Source: a virus. Taken from it: a DNA stretch of 64,000 nucleotides. Shown here piece after piece: positions 1 to 9,144 of this stretch (its first letter is position 1; every line of letters begins with the position of its first letter). The stretch covers positions 54,664-118,663 of the IMG/VR virus record IMGVR_UViG_3300043409_002154. One strand, written 5' to 3'. A program made the translations under genes and the position numbers. Below the pieces are notes generated by a model that worked only from the letters and a program-made list of their open reading frames with translations, was not told where the DNA came from and searched no databases.

Positions 1-97
1 GCATATTTAAAAATTCAGAATAACTGATATGGAGTAATTTCGCAAAATAAAAATATTGGTTTAATACAACCTCGGTATGATTAGAAGAAAGGCCGAA
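1..97 (-). CDS. Start-less +1-frame extension of the tail chaperone (gpGT-like), truncated by the window edge
   Basis: The +1 frame after TTT TTT CGG reads FGLSSNHTEVVLNQYFYFAKLLHISYSEFLNM, is open to position 1 and has no ATG until the edge. It resembles gpT-like tail chaperone extensions. Confidence 0.6.
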
Positions 98-839
98 AAA
101 ATTCAACCCCGAAGGTAATATTAATATCTACCATTTCTCCTGACGGGGTTCTAACTTTTCGTTTAAGGTCTAAACCTGGGTTATTGTTATTTAAAAATTT
201 TCTTATATGTTTAGAATCCATAATTGGAAGATTTTCAATATATGTAGAAATAAAAATTTTATCTTCATTACCGTTAATACTTACAATTTCTTTATTAAGT
301 CTTAAAGTAATAGACGGAACTGTTCTTCCAACTGGATATTGATTAATTATTGATTCTAATTCTCTTTGTTCACCATACGACATTAGTTTTAACTTAATAG
401 TGTCACCACTTCTTGGAAGAACGGTAGTTAAATGTCCATTTTCATCTGGATTAACTTCAGTTTTTTTAATGTTTAATTCATCTAAAAGAATTGAAGATTC
501 AAATTTTTTATTTGTTTTTGTATCGGTAATTGAAAAGAAATATTCATGTCCAAAAGACGTATTTCTTAAAAAAATTAATATTGCTTCAATATCCCCGTCT
601 AAAAGTTCTTCAACTTTTAATTCTGGTTCATAAAGTTTACTTCTAATTAATGTTGTTATTATATTTGCAGATGGGTTAGACAATGCCGACGCAATTATAT
701 TTTCATCAGAAGCGGTTAAATAACCCACTTTAACCACCTTTTTTTTTGATTTATAATAAATCCCACCTGATGGTAATGTTACCAAATCATGTGGTAAATT
801 CATATTTTGCGTTCCCGCATTAATTAATTCTTGGTCCAT
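81..839 (-). CDS. Tail assembly chaperone / T4 gp26-like baseplate hub assembly protein
   Basis: VTLPSGG..Y, LTASDE and GDIEAILIFLR motifs, a second LPRSG repeat and a C-terminal FFRPFF. It lies downstream of the tail tube gene. Confidence 0.7.
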   Translation of the reverse strand: MDQELINAGTQNMNLPHDLVTLPSGGIYYKSKKKVVKVGYLTASDENIIASALSNPSANIITTLIRSKLYEPELKVEELLDGDIEAILIFLRNTSFGHEYFFSITDTKTNKKFESSILLDELNIKKTEVNPDENGHLTTVLPRSGDTIKLKLMSYGEQRELESIINQYPVGRTVPSITLRLNKEIVSINGNEDKIFISTYIENLPIMDSKHIRKFLNNNNPGLDLKRKVRTPSGEMVDINITFGVEFFRPFF

Positions 840-871
840 CTTTTTATTTTAAAAATAAACCTTTAAATAAA

Positions 872-994
872 TTAATCAATCTTTTTATTAACTTTTTTTA
901 CTTTTTTTTTATGTCTATTTTTAAATTCTATTTCAGTTTCAAAAATTTTTCCACAATTTGTGCAAGTATATCCTGTGTTTATATTTATTTCCAT
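872..994 (-). CDS. 40-aa zinc-finger-like basic mini-protein (not in the ORF track)
   Basis: Hand translation gives MEININTGYTCTNCGKIFETEIEFKNRHKKKVKKVNKKID*, with a Y-x-CxxC-xxx-F...H pattern. Confidence 0.5.
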   Translation of the reverse strand: MEININTGYTCTNCGKIFETEIEFKNRHKKKVKKVNKKID

Positions 995-1028
995 TTTTTG
1001 ATTTTGTATTAAAACTTAATTTTATTGT

Positions 1029-1062
1029 AAAAAAAAACCCATATAGTTTAATATATGGATTT
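1029..1062 (-). terminator. Intrinsic terminator after the tail tube gene
   Basis: Minus strand reads AAATCCATATA-TTAAAC-TATATGGGTTT followed by a T-run. Confidence 0.55.
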
Positions 1063-1093
1063 AAAATTTGGGTATAAAGGATTTATAATATTT

Positions 1094-1582
1094 TTAGTAA
1101 ACTAAGATACAACGGTCCATTCTTAATGAAGTGGAAATTGTCGCTAATTTATCGTCAGAATAACCAAGTGCCCCAAAATCGGCGCTAGTTAAAAAACAAC
1201 CTTCTAAAATCCATTTTTCAACCACAACACCTGTTGGGTCCAACATTTCAAGGTCAACATTTTTTTTATATCCTGCCGCGTATCCCATACGACCTGTAAC
1301 AGATTCTGCACATAATCTAACCCATTCCATTAATGCTTGGGACGCTGAAGGACCTATAGGGTCTCTAAACGTGACCGCAATTTCATTCCATTCAAATCTA
1401 CCTGCAACATAAGTTGAAGTGTTTAAAAAAGGAATTGCTGTTGAGTTAATTTTTATACTAGGTCTTTTTGCGGTTTCAACAAACCATTCGTTTATACCTA
1501 ACGTTGAAGGAAAACGCATAATAAACCTGTTAGCTCTTTTTGGTTCATACGGTATGGGCATTTTCATTAATAAATCGGCCAT
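1094..1582 (-). CDS. Tail tube protein (T4 gp19-like)
   Basis: YEPKRANRF, GRFEWNEIAVTFRDPI, WILEGCF and final DRCIL motifs. 162 aa, downstream of the sheath. Confidence 0.9.
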   Translation of the reverse strand: MADLLMKMPIPYEPKRANRFIMRFPSTLGINEWFVETAKRPSIKINSTAIPFLNTSTYVAGRFEWNEIAVTFRDPIGPSASQALMEWVRLCAESVTGRMGYAAGYKKNVDLEMLDPTGVVVEKWILEGCFLTSADFGALGYSDDKLATISTSLRMDRCILVY

Positions 1583-1685
1583 GTTATTTTGTTTTAATTG
1601 TTTTTATTTCTTTTATTATAAATATACTGTTATAAAATTTTTCTATTTACTTTTGTTTTTTATTTTTTATCATAACAATATAAAA

Positions 1686-2564
1686 TTACTGCAGTTTTTT
1701 AATTCCTCCATATGTAGAATATGTTTTAAGATTATTTTTTGGAATTTTATCAAAATGTCCTTTTATTTTTTCTACATTTTTTAAATCATCATCAGAAAAA
1801 CCAATCATAGGCTCTCTTTCCATAAAAGAATTATTAACTTTTGTTATAAGTCCTCCATTTTTAATTAATTCTTTTAAATTACCGGCATTATGTTTAACAT
1901 ATTGTAAAAATTCAGTTAAAGCGTCAATTTTACCTTGTTCTGGAGAAGACGCTTGATTTGAACCAAAACTTACCGGGTAAAATTTACAAAGATTTAAATA
2001 TTCATTAACTAATTGTTCTTTAGTTTCATTTTTATTAATAGGTTCATTAGCAAGTTTTTTAAATTTTATAATGTTATTTACCACTTCATCAGAATTGATT
2101 CCGTTATGATTTGACATTATATACATATAAACTCCCTTTTTAAGGGTATTTGGGTTATGTCCTCTTGCGGTTACTATTGAAAAAATTGAAGCGTGGTTAA
2201 TAGCTTCTTTAAAATCTTCCCAAGCTGGACCTTCTTTAGCGTTTAAAATGTCTTTTAAAAACTTAGAATCCCCCTGAACTTGGAAATTTCTAAAAGAATT
2301 GTCGGCAAATCCAGTAATTTCTTGACCTTCGTACATGAAGGGTGTTTTACCTATTTTACTTCTATATGTTGCAAAATCTTCAGTTGACATTCCAACTTCG
2401 TCACCTTTTGAATTTTTAAGTATGATTTCAGTAGGCATTGTTACAATATTATCGTCCCAATCAAATGAATAATATTTTAAACTTGGTAGACCTTCTTTAT
2501 CAAAATTTTCATCTATTAAAAATTTAAAATTTTGATATTGTTTTGTTGTTAATTTAAAGTTCAT
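1686..2564 (-). CDS. HAD-superfamily phosphatase-like protein
   Basis: Motif I FDWDDNI, motif II IVTARGH, a Lys in EQGK, and motif IV GFSDDD. Confidence 0.65.
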   Translation of the reverse strand: MNFKLTTKQYQNFKFLIDENFDKEGLPSLKYYSFDWDDNIVTMPTEIILKNSKGDEVGMSTEDFATYRSKIGKTPFMYEGQEITGFADNSFRNFQVQGDSKFLKDILNAKEGPAWEDFKEAINHASIFSIVTARGHNPNTLKKGVYMYIMSNHNGINSDEVVNNIIKFKKLANEPINKNETKEQLVNEYLNLCKFYPVSFGSNQASSPEQGKIDALTEFLQYVKHNAGNLKELIKNGGLITKVNNSFMEREPMIGFSDDDLKNVEKIKGHFDKIPKNNLKTYSTYGGIKKLQ

Positions 2565-2632
2565 AATGTATTTTATTTGTTAACTTATGTTTTCTAATAT
2601 TTTAATTTGTAATAATAACATAACGGCTAATT

Positions 2633-2667
2633 AAAAAAACAAGTTGACATTACATCAACTTGTTTTT
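2633..2667 (-). terminator. Intrinsic terminator after the sheath gene (possibly bidirectional)
   Basis: Perfect inverted repeat AAAAACAAGTTGA-CATTACA-TCAACTTGTTTTT. Confidence 0.7.
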
Positions 2668-2676
2668 AATTAAAAT

Positions 2677-5600
2677 TTATATATTCTCAAACGATGCTCC
2701 AGTTGGAGTAATGTAAAAGGTTATATCAATAAATTCAAGTGACTTAGTTGGTTTGATATAAATCTTACCAGTCAATTGATTCCTATCTAAATCAGCCGCG
2801 TCTGAAGAAACTGTTACACGAAAATCGTATAAACCTCTGTCTCTTCTAATAGCGTCTAATATTGGATTAACTGCGTCTAAGAAATCTTGTCTTACTTTAG
2901 CGTCGTTTTGTTCAAATAATAATCTAACAGAAACTGCCGATATTAATTTACGTGCTTGTAATAATAATCTTCTTACGTTTATTCTATCAAGTGCTGATTC
3001 TCTAATTTGTAAAGTTTTATTTCCCCAAATAACAGTTCCAACATCAGAAAAAGTTGCAATTGGATTGATTCTACCTTTATATAAAGTATCTCTATCCTCT
3101 TGTGTTAATTTTTTTCTTGCTTTGATAGCGTTTACTAAACCACGTGTATAACCAGCCGCTGCGAACCAAGGGAACGCAATGTTATCGGTTAATGCTAAGT
3201 TTCTTGTAACCTCAGCGGTAGGTGGTAGGTAAATTTGAGTGTTATTAACACTATCTCTAGTTAAAACCCAAGGGTAATAAGTTGCAGTATAGTTAGAGTC
3301 AATTCCAGTACCTTCTAAATTATCAACCGATTCTTGTGGGTAAATAATGTCAGTTGGTTCTCCAACTGTAGGTGTAAACAAATTATAATCCGGTGTTGTA
3401 CAAATATATAATGAATCAGCTCTATCGAATTCAATCATTTGAATTGCTCCTTCAACTAAATCAGAATTACTTAAATAATCAATACCAGGGGTTACAAATA
3501 AATTAATATTAACCGCTTCAGGATTAGAAAATGTGTTTATACCTAAAAGATAAGCGTAATAGTCAGAATTACCGTATTCAATTGTGTTGTCACCAACAGT
3601 TATTTGTTTAAACGCTCCCCAACCTGTTGCTGTAGGATATTTAATTGATGGACAAGCTCCTTTTAAATAACCACTTCTTCCTAAGACAAAATTGTCAGCG
3701 TTAGTTCTATATTCTCTGTAAATATCCCAACCGTCAAAACCACCGGTACAAAGTAAAGTAAATTTACGAGAGAATAACCTATAATATTGGTTTGACTCGT
3801 TACTAGGGTCTGTTGTAAAAGGTGATGCTCCAACAAAAAACAAAGGAGTTCCACTTGTAGTGTAATTACTGGATATAGTTAAAGCACTTGCGTTAACGTC
3901 CATATGATAACCTCTTGTTTTATAAGCCCAATCGTCACCAGTACTATCCGAACAAACACTAAGAGGTAATTGTTTACCTTTGTATTGTAAGAAATCAGTA
4001 TCAACTCCAACCGAATCAGAAATACCTAAATAAGTTCTTCTTACTTTATCACCGTTACTTCTAATTGCATCATCAGCTCCTGACGACAAACCAAATGGTG
4101 GGTTGTAAACGACTTCTCCAGGATAATCATATTTTGTTTTATAAACTGGGAATGGAGGTCTTACACCAGCGTATTCCCTAAATTGAAAACCTTCAAATCC
4201 ACAAGGTAACGCGTCAATCGGAGCGTCATCATTCATTTCAACCATCACTAATTTAGAGTTTAATGTGTATTCTCCGTTTTTAGTTCCTATTTTCTTTCCA
4301 ACAAATCCATTATCGTTTGGATTCATATTACAATTTGTGAATTTTTCTAACACAACTGGTGATTCGTCACTATCAAAGAAATCTCTAATTAATACGTCAA
4401 AATTACCATTACCAAATGAAATATTTGCGATTGAAATTTTAATTTCAGTGTTAGCCGCATTACCGTCAGCAATTGTTGTAAATTTAAATAAATTAGAAAC
4501 TTTATTTCCTCTTAATTCAGAAACTACCCAAGGTGATGTTGGTGATTGATATTGTTCTAAATACCAACCAATACTTGTTGGGTCAGAACCCTGTCTTGCG
4601 TCTGGTAAATAAGTTAAGTTAGAACTTACCCCTCTAATATAACCTTTTCTATAACCATAAGTTAATAACGCTCCAAATTGTTCTTCAACAAATAAAGGTA
4701 CCGTAGTCCTTGGTTTTGAAAAATTAGAAGCTCCAAAAACTTTTGATACATAATTAACATCTGAAATTTGAAAAGAAGTTTCAAAAAATAAATTATTTCC
4801 GTCTTTGTCTGTAATGTTAACACCAAAAGGTGAAAATGGATTTTTAGATGCTCCAGAATAAGAACCTGAAAAATCTAAAGTCATTCCAGTTTGTCCGGTA
4901 ACTTGATAAACCGCTCCAGTATCGGTAGAGTAAGTTGCTAACCCTCTTGACCTCATTGTTGCGATAACTAAATCATCATAATTTAAGTAAGGAGTTCCTG
5001 AATAAACGTATATTGTACCGTTAACAGTTCCGCTAAAGTTAGTAATTATTGTTCCGGTAGAATTATTTCCGGTATTACCTGTCACACAAGGATTACAAGG
5101 GTCACTAATTTCAACATTAACTGTCCAATTTTGAGTGACCGTAGTATCTTCTGACACTAAAACGTATGTTTTTGTTAAACCTGTAAAATTAACAGTACTT
5201 CCAGTGGAGTATTGTGTTACAGAATTAAGAGTAACTCCCGTTGTACAAGCACTAAATGTAACAGTTAAAGCAGATAAATCATTAGTAGTTGTTGCAGAAG
5301 GAAGACAAAGTGAAATTGTATTTGTAGTGTAATTAATACTACCGCTATGTGTACTACCACTAAGAGCGGATGACGCTCCACTAACCGAAAACGAATAAAA
5401 AGTAGCACAATTTGATGATGTAGATGTTTGAGTTAAACCTGTAATATAATTATAAAACGAATAACCACTATATGTACCATTACCATTATTATCAAATAAT
5501 GCATAGTACCAAGGGTCGTTATTTGGGTCATTAAAATTAGCATTTCCTGAATTAACATAATCTAAATTAAATACATTTGTTGACGCTGTATAACCACTTA

Positions 5601-6261
5601 ATGAATTATAATCGGTTTGAGGTATAACACCAAAATATTTTATAGAATAGTTCTCAGTATCGCTATTAGATATTACACCATAAATTTGATTTTTTAAATC
5701 TGAACTTAATGTTGATGTTGTACCGTTAAATTGTTGATAAGTAGAATTTAAGTCTTCATTTAATAACCAAGGAAATGTTTCTGTAAACCCTACCGAAGTA
5801 ACATTATCATTATTTCCTGTAAAAGATACAGAGTAAGAATATTCTTCAAATTCAACACAAGTTGTTACACAATCAACAGTTGACGAACTAAAACATTTTT
5901 GACCAACAGTTGTTGTATCAACGTTTGCAACAGTTGTAATACTCCAAGATGGACCGGCATCATAACCAGATAAACCCAAAACTCTAGTAACAAATAGTTG
6001 GTTTGATTGTTGTAAATAAGATTTAGCTATATATGCCGCCTCATATTTAGGGATTTGTGTGTTTATAAATTTTTCGGCGGATGTTCCACCAAAATACGTT
6101 GAAAATTCATCAAAATTTGTGATGAAAATAGGTTCAAAAGCGGGACCTTTTAATGTCTCACCAACAATACCTAAAGTTGTAACGCCAACACTTTGCGCAA
6201 CAAAACTCAAATCAACTTCCGAGGTATATACTCCCGGGGACACGAATACTTTATTTGCCAT
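2677..6261 (-). CDS. Contractile tail sheath protein with large insertions
   Basis: N-terminal VSPGVYTSEVDLS; C-terminal PWFAAAGYTRG, LYKGRINPI, WGNKTLQ, RINVRRLL and LFEQND sheath motifs. Confidence 0.95.
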   Translation of the reverse strand: MANKVFVSPGVYTSEVDLSFVAQSVGVTTLGIVGETLKGPAFEPIFITNFDEFSTYFGGTSAEKFINTQIPKYEAAYIAKSYLQQSNQLFVTRVLGLSGYDAGPSWSITTVANVDTTTVGQKCFSSSTVDCVTTCVEFEEYSYSVSFTGNNDNVTSVGFTETFPWLLNEDLNSTYQQFNGTTSTLSSDLKNQIYGVISNSDTENYSIKYFGVIPQTDYNSLSGYTASTNVFNLDYVNSGNANFNDPNNDPWYYALFDNNGNGTYSGYSFYNYITGLTQTSTSSNCATFYSFSVSGASSALSGSTHSGSINYTTNTISLCLPSATTTNDLSALTVTFSACTTGVTLNSVTQYSTGSTVNFTGLTKTYVLVSEDTTVTQNWTVNVEISDPCNPCVTGNTGNNSTGTIITNFSGTVNGTIYVYSGTPYLNYDDLVIATMRSRGLATYSTDTGAVYQVTGQTGMTLDFSGSYSGASKNPFSPFGVNITDKDGNNLFFETSFQISDVNYVSKVFGASNFSKPRTTVPLFVEEQFGALLTYGYRKGYIRGVSSNLTYLPDARQGSDPTSIGWYLEQYQSPTSPWVVSELRGNKVSNLFKFTTIADGNAANTEIKISIANISFGNGNFDVLIRDFFDSDESPVVLEKFTNCNMNPNDNGFVGKKIGTKNGEYTLNSKLVMVEMNDDAPIDALPCGFEGFQFREYAGVRPPFPVYKTKYDYPGEVVYNPPFGLSSGADDAIRSNGDKVRRTYLGISDSVGVDTDFLQYKGKQLPLSVCSDSTGDDWAYKTRGYHMDVNASALTISSNYTTSGTPLFFVGASPFTTDPSNESNQYYRLFSRKFTLLCTGGFDGWDIYREYRTNADNFVLGRSGYLKGACPSIKYPTATGWGAFKQITVGDNTIEYGNSDYYAYLLGINTFSNPEAVNINLFVTPGIDYLSNSDLVEGAIQMIEFDRADSLYICTTPDYNLFTPTVGEPTDIIYPQESVDNLEGTGIDSNYTATYYPWVLTRDSVNNTQIYLPPTAEVTRNLALTDNIAFPWFAAAGYTRGLVNAIKARKKLTQEDRDTLYKGRINPIATFSDVGTVIWGNKTLQIRESALDRINVRRLLLQARKLISAVSVRLLFEQNDAKVRQDFLDAVNPILDAIRRDRGLYDFRVTVSSDAADLDRNQLTGKIYIKPTKSLEFIDITFYITPTGASFENI

Positions 6262-6351
6262 TCTTAATTTTTTTTAATTAGTTATTTATTTTCTAATAAA
6301 TATTTCATTAAATAGCAAAAAACTTGACTTTACAATATGTATTAATAAATT

Positions 6352-6372
6352 AGGTAGACTTTTTTCTGCCTT
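6352..6372. promoter_or_regulatory. Imperfect inverted repeat upstream of the RHH gene; candidate operator
   Basis: AGGTAGA-CTTTTT-TCTGCCT lies in the divergent sheath/RHH intergenic region. Confidence 0.35.
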
Positions 6373-6384
6373 TTTTATCTTACC

Positions 6385-6552
6385 TTGCAAAACGAGTCAA
6401 AAATAAAGAATTTAAAAATTTCAAAAGAAGCACATGAAATTTTAAAAACGTATTGCAACAAAAAAGGAATTAAAATTTATAGATTTATTGAAAAATTAAT
6501 TTTAGAAAAATGTAAAAATAAAAAAGATATTTATGGAGATAATCTAGATTAA
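6385..6552 (+). CDS. Small ribbon-helix-helix DNA-binding protein (not in the ORF track)
   Basis: TTG start; MQNESKIKNLKISKEAHEILKTYCNKKGIKIYRFIEKLILEKCKNKKDIYGDNLD*. A beta-strand (KNLKIS) is followed by two helices, as in RHH proteins. Confidence 0.6.
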   Translation: MQNESKIKNLKISKEAHEILKTYCNKKGIKIYRFIEKLILEKCKNKKDIYGDNLD

Positions 6553-7581
6553 AGAATTTTCATATAAAATTTTAGATTCTAAACTACCATTTGTTTTTAT
6601 AATAACAATTCTTAGAGTGTCTTTATTATTTATTTGTATCTCAATTAAATCAGACCCATAATAATTGTTGTTGATATAAACATCAAAACTACTAATATTA
6701 ATTTTTGATTGTATTAAAATATTTGTATTGTAATCATAAACTTGAGTTATAGTACTATTACCAATAATAAACAATATTTCTTTTGGACCTACTATCACAT
6801 CTTCTTTGTTTTTTTTACGATTAATAATTTTTCGATTATCTAACTCAAGAACTTTAAGAATTCTAGTTATTGCGGGAGAAACTTCAAATTCGTTTTCATC
6901 TATTAAAAACCCCAACATTGTAAATTCATAACTTTGAATATAATACTTTCTTTTTTCAAGACCAGATTCGGACTCATCAGTTATATTACCCATAACAATT
7001 GGAATATAATGACCTTTTATTTCAGCATAAGCTTGTTTTGATGAAAACTTTTCTAAAACATTCTTATTAAAAGAATTAATTTCTCTCATTCTATTACATA
7101 TTATTTTAACAGAATAGGTAATATCAACAGGAACTGGTTGTGGTATTTTATATACGTCCATACCATTTCTTGTACCATCCCAAGTAGGAACTTGAGCGTA
7201 AAAAAATTGTTTTCGATTAGGTATTGTGTAAAGTAAAGATGGGTTTGTTCCGTATTTAACTTCAGGTATTCTAACTATAGTTATAAAAGGAGGTTCAACA
7301 TTTTTATCAATATTTTGTAAATCCCAAGTTTCGGTAAATTGAGCCCAATTTTGAGTTGTTAACAAGATATCAACGGTAGGGATAATCTTACCATTAACAA
7401 TTGTTTTAAGTTCGTTTTTTACAAAAGATAAAAACCCCCCATCTAAATCTGCATGTAATAAAGATTTTGGAAGGTAAGTTCCATCCATATTAATTTTTTC
7501 AACTAATTCTTCTCGTCTAGAAAATAACGTTTTTTGATTAGTTAAAGGTATATTTTTTTTTATTTTACTTGGTAACGCCAT
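6544..7581 (-). CDS. Putative tail terminator / sheath stabiliser (gp15-like)
   Basis: PQPVPVDITYSVKI...INSFNKNVL pattern; located between the head-closure and sheath genes. Confidence 0.55.
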   Translation of the reverse strand: MALPSKIKKNIPLTNQKTLFSRREELVEKINMDGTYLPKSLLHADLDGGFLSFVKNELKTIVNGKIIPTVDILLTTQNWAQFTETWDLQNIDKNVEPPFITIVRIPEVKYGTNPSLLYTIPNRKQFFYAQVPTWDGTRNGMDVYKIPQPVPVDITYSVKIICNRMREINSFNKNVLEKFSSKQAYAEIKGHYIPIVMGNITDESESGLEKRKYYIQSYEFTMLGFLIDENEFEVSPAITRILKVLELDNRKIINRKKNKEDVIVGPKEILFIIGNSTITQVYDYNTNILIQSKINISSFDVYINNNYYGSDLIEIQINNKDTLRIVIIKTNGSLESKILYENSLI

Positions 7582-8183
7582 TACATATCTTTTTTAACCC
7601 AATTATAAAATAATTCAGATATTTCTTTTGGGTTTGTTATATTTTTATTTTTTAACATCATTCTAACTTGACTAATTAACCCAACAAAATGTTCTGGTGG
7701 TACATTTTTATAAAAACCCTCAAAATTTGCTTCGTTTGGTTTAATTATTCCAAATTTAACAAATTCTCTTAATTTTCTTTTTGCAAATTCATCCGCAACC
7801 ATTTCTATTTTTTTCATAAAAATTGCTGCCTCAATCAAACTAATATTACCTAAATAGCACTCATACATTTTTTCGGCTCCATATTTTTTAAATTGATATT
7901 GATGAGCGATTTCGTGAAATAATATAAATAAAAAATTTGGTAAACTATTGTTAAATATCGTTGAATTTAATATTACCCTATCATCTAAAGAAACCCCCAT
8001 CCCCATTTTTAATGGTTCAACTGTTATTTTTTGACATTCAGAATTTTCTATAAATTTATTTATTTTTTCAATTTGGGTATCATCAATATTAAAATTATCT
8101 TTAATTTGTGACAAAAAAATGTCAATACCTAAAGTTTCTTCGGTAATTAAATTATATTGTATTTTATTAATTTTATATCTCAT
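7581..8183 (-). CDS. HExxH zinc metallopeptidase-like protein
   Basis: LFHEIAHQYQ plus a downstream EMVADEFA. Likely ATG at 8183. Confidence 0.55.
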   Translation of the reverse strand: MRYKINKIQYNLITEETLGIDIFLSQIKDNFNIDDTQIEKINKFIENSECQKITVEPLKMGMGVSLDDRVILNSTIFNNSLPNFLFILFHEIAHQYQFKKYGAEKMYECYLGNISLIEAAIFMKKIEMVADEFAKRKLREFVKFGIIKPNEANFEGFYKNVPPEHFVGLISQVRMMLKNKNITNPKEISELFYNWVKKDM

Positions 8184-8188
8184 AAACC

Positions 8189-8593
8189 TCAATATTCATT
8201 ATTAGTTACCGTCTTAACAGGTAAATTAAAATAAAATTTAAACCATTCTTTCATTGGTTCCTTCCAATGGTGACTAAACATAGAATTTAAATGTTCAGAG
8301 TATTTACCTTGAACTTCTAAAATTGGTGATTTATCTCTAAATGGTTTATGTGATACGTTATTTTTATCGTAGTAATCAACATCAAAATAATGAAAAACAA
8401 CATCTGAATCTTCTTCACCTTCCCAATCTCCATTGTAAAATATTAAAAAATGTTCGTTTTCATCTAGATAATCGTATTCGCTTTCATCAAAATTTAAACC
8501 ATATGTCCAATTAATTTTATTACCCTCAAGATAATCATCGATATATTTACTAATTACATCGTGTAATTTATTTTTACTTATAATTGTTTTCAT
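8189..8593 (-). CDS. Hypothetical protein
   Basis: 134-aa ORF translationally coupled to its neighbours. Confidence 0.6.
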   Translation of the reverse strand: MKTIISKNKLHDVISKYIDDYLEGNKINWTYGLNFDESEYDYLDENEHFLIFYNGDWEGEEDSDVVFHYFDVDYYDKNNVSHKPFRDKSPILEVQGKYSEHLNSMFSHHWKEPMKEWFKFYFNLPVKTVTNNEY

Positions 8594-9105
8594 TATAATC
8601 CTCTAAATTCATTATCAACAACTGCGGATGCTATTATTGTCCTATAAAATGGTTTGTATCCGGCGTAATTATGTTTATTATCAGATATAACTCTACCGTC
8701 ATTATTAACTGTATAGTATCTTACACGGTCTTCAGTTTCATAATAACCGATATAATCTCCATAACTAATATCAATATTTAATTCGTCAAGATGTTTTTGG
8801 TACACCGAAACACTTAAATTACCCGGTTCAAGTTGTTCTATTTTTGAAGTTCCGTAAGTTTTATTTTCTGGAGATAGTATTTTAACATACCCTTTAAATT
8901 CAACCGGAGGTAAAAATTTAATTCCATCGGAAACGGATTCACCGTAAACATTATCTGTTTTAGTTTTCATTCGGTCAATCCTATATAAAACTAATGTAAA
9001 ATTTAAATCGCCATAAAGCCACTCAGAACCTACTGACGTGTCTAAATCAAAATCTTCTTGTGAAAAAAATTTTCCTAACCTTGTTATTGGTACTTTGTTA
9101 ACCAT
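8593..9105 (-). CDS. Putative neck/head-closure protein (gp14-like)
   Basis: LYRIDRMKTKTDNVYGES...FLPPVE, GDYIGY and RYYTV motifs; 170 aa in the structural operon. Confidence 0.55.
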   Translation of the reverse strand: MVNKVPITRLGKFFSQEDFDLDTSVGSEWLYGDLNFTLVLYRIDRMKTKTDNVYGESVSDGIKFLPPVEFKGYVKILSPENKTYGTSKIEQLEPGNLSVSVYQKHLDELNIDISYGDYIGYYETEDRVRYYTVNNDGRVISDNKHNYAGYKPFYRTIIASAVVDNEFRGL

Positions 9106-9144
9106 TATTGATAAATATTAGAATAAGCCTTATTTTTCATTTAA

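Noticed and set aside
6324-6351. Sigma70-type TTGACT promoter
   Set aside because: No clean -10 hexamer at 17-nt spacing, and the AT-rich context makes chance matches likely.
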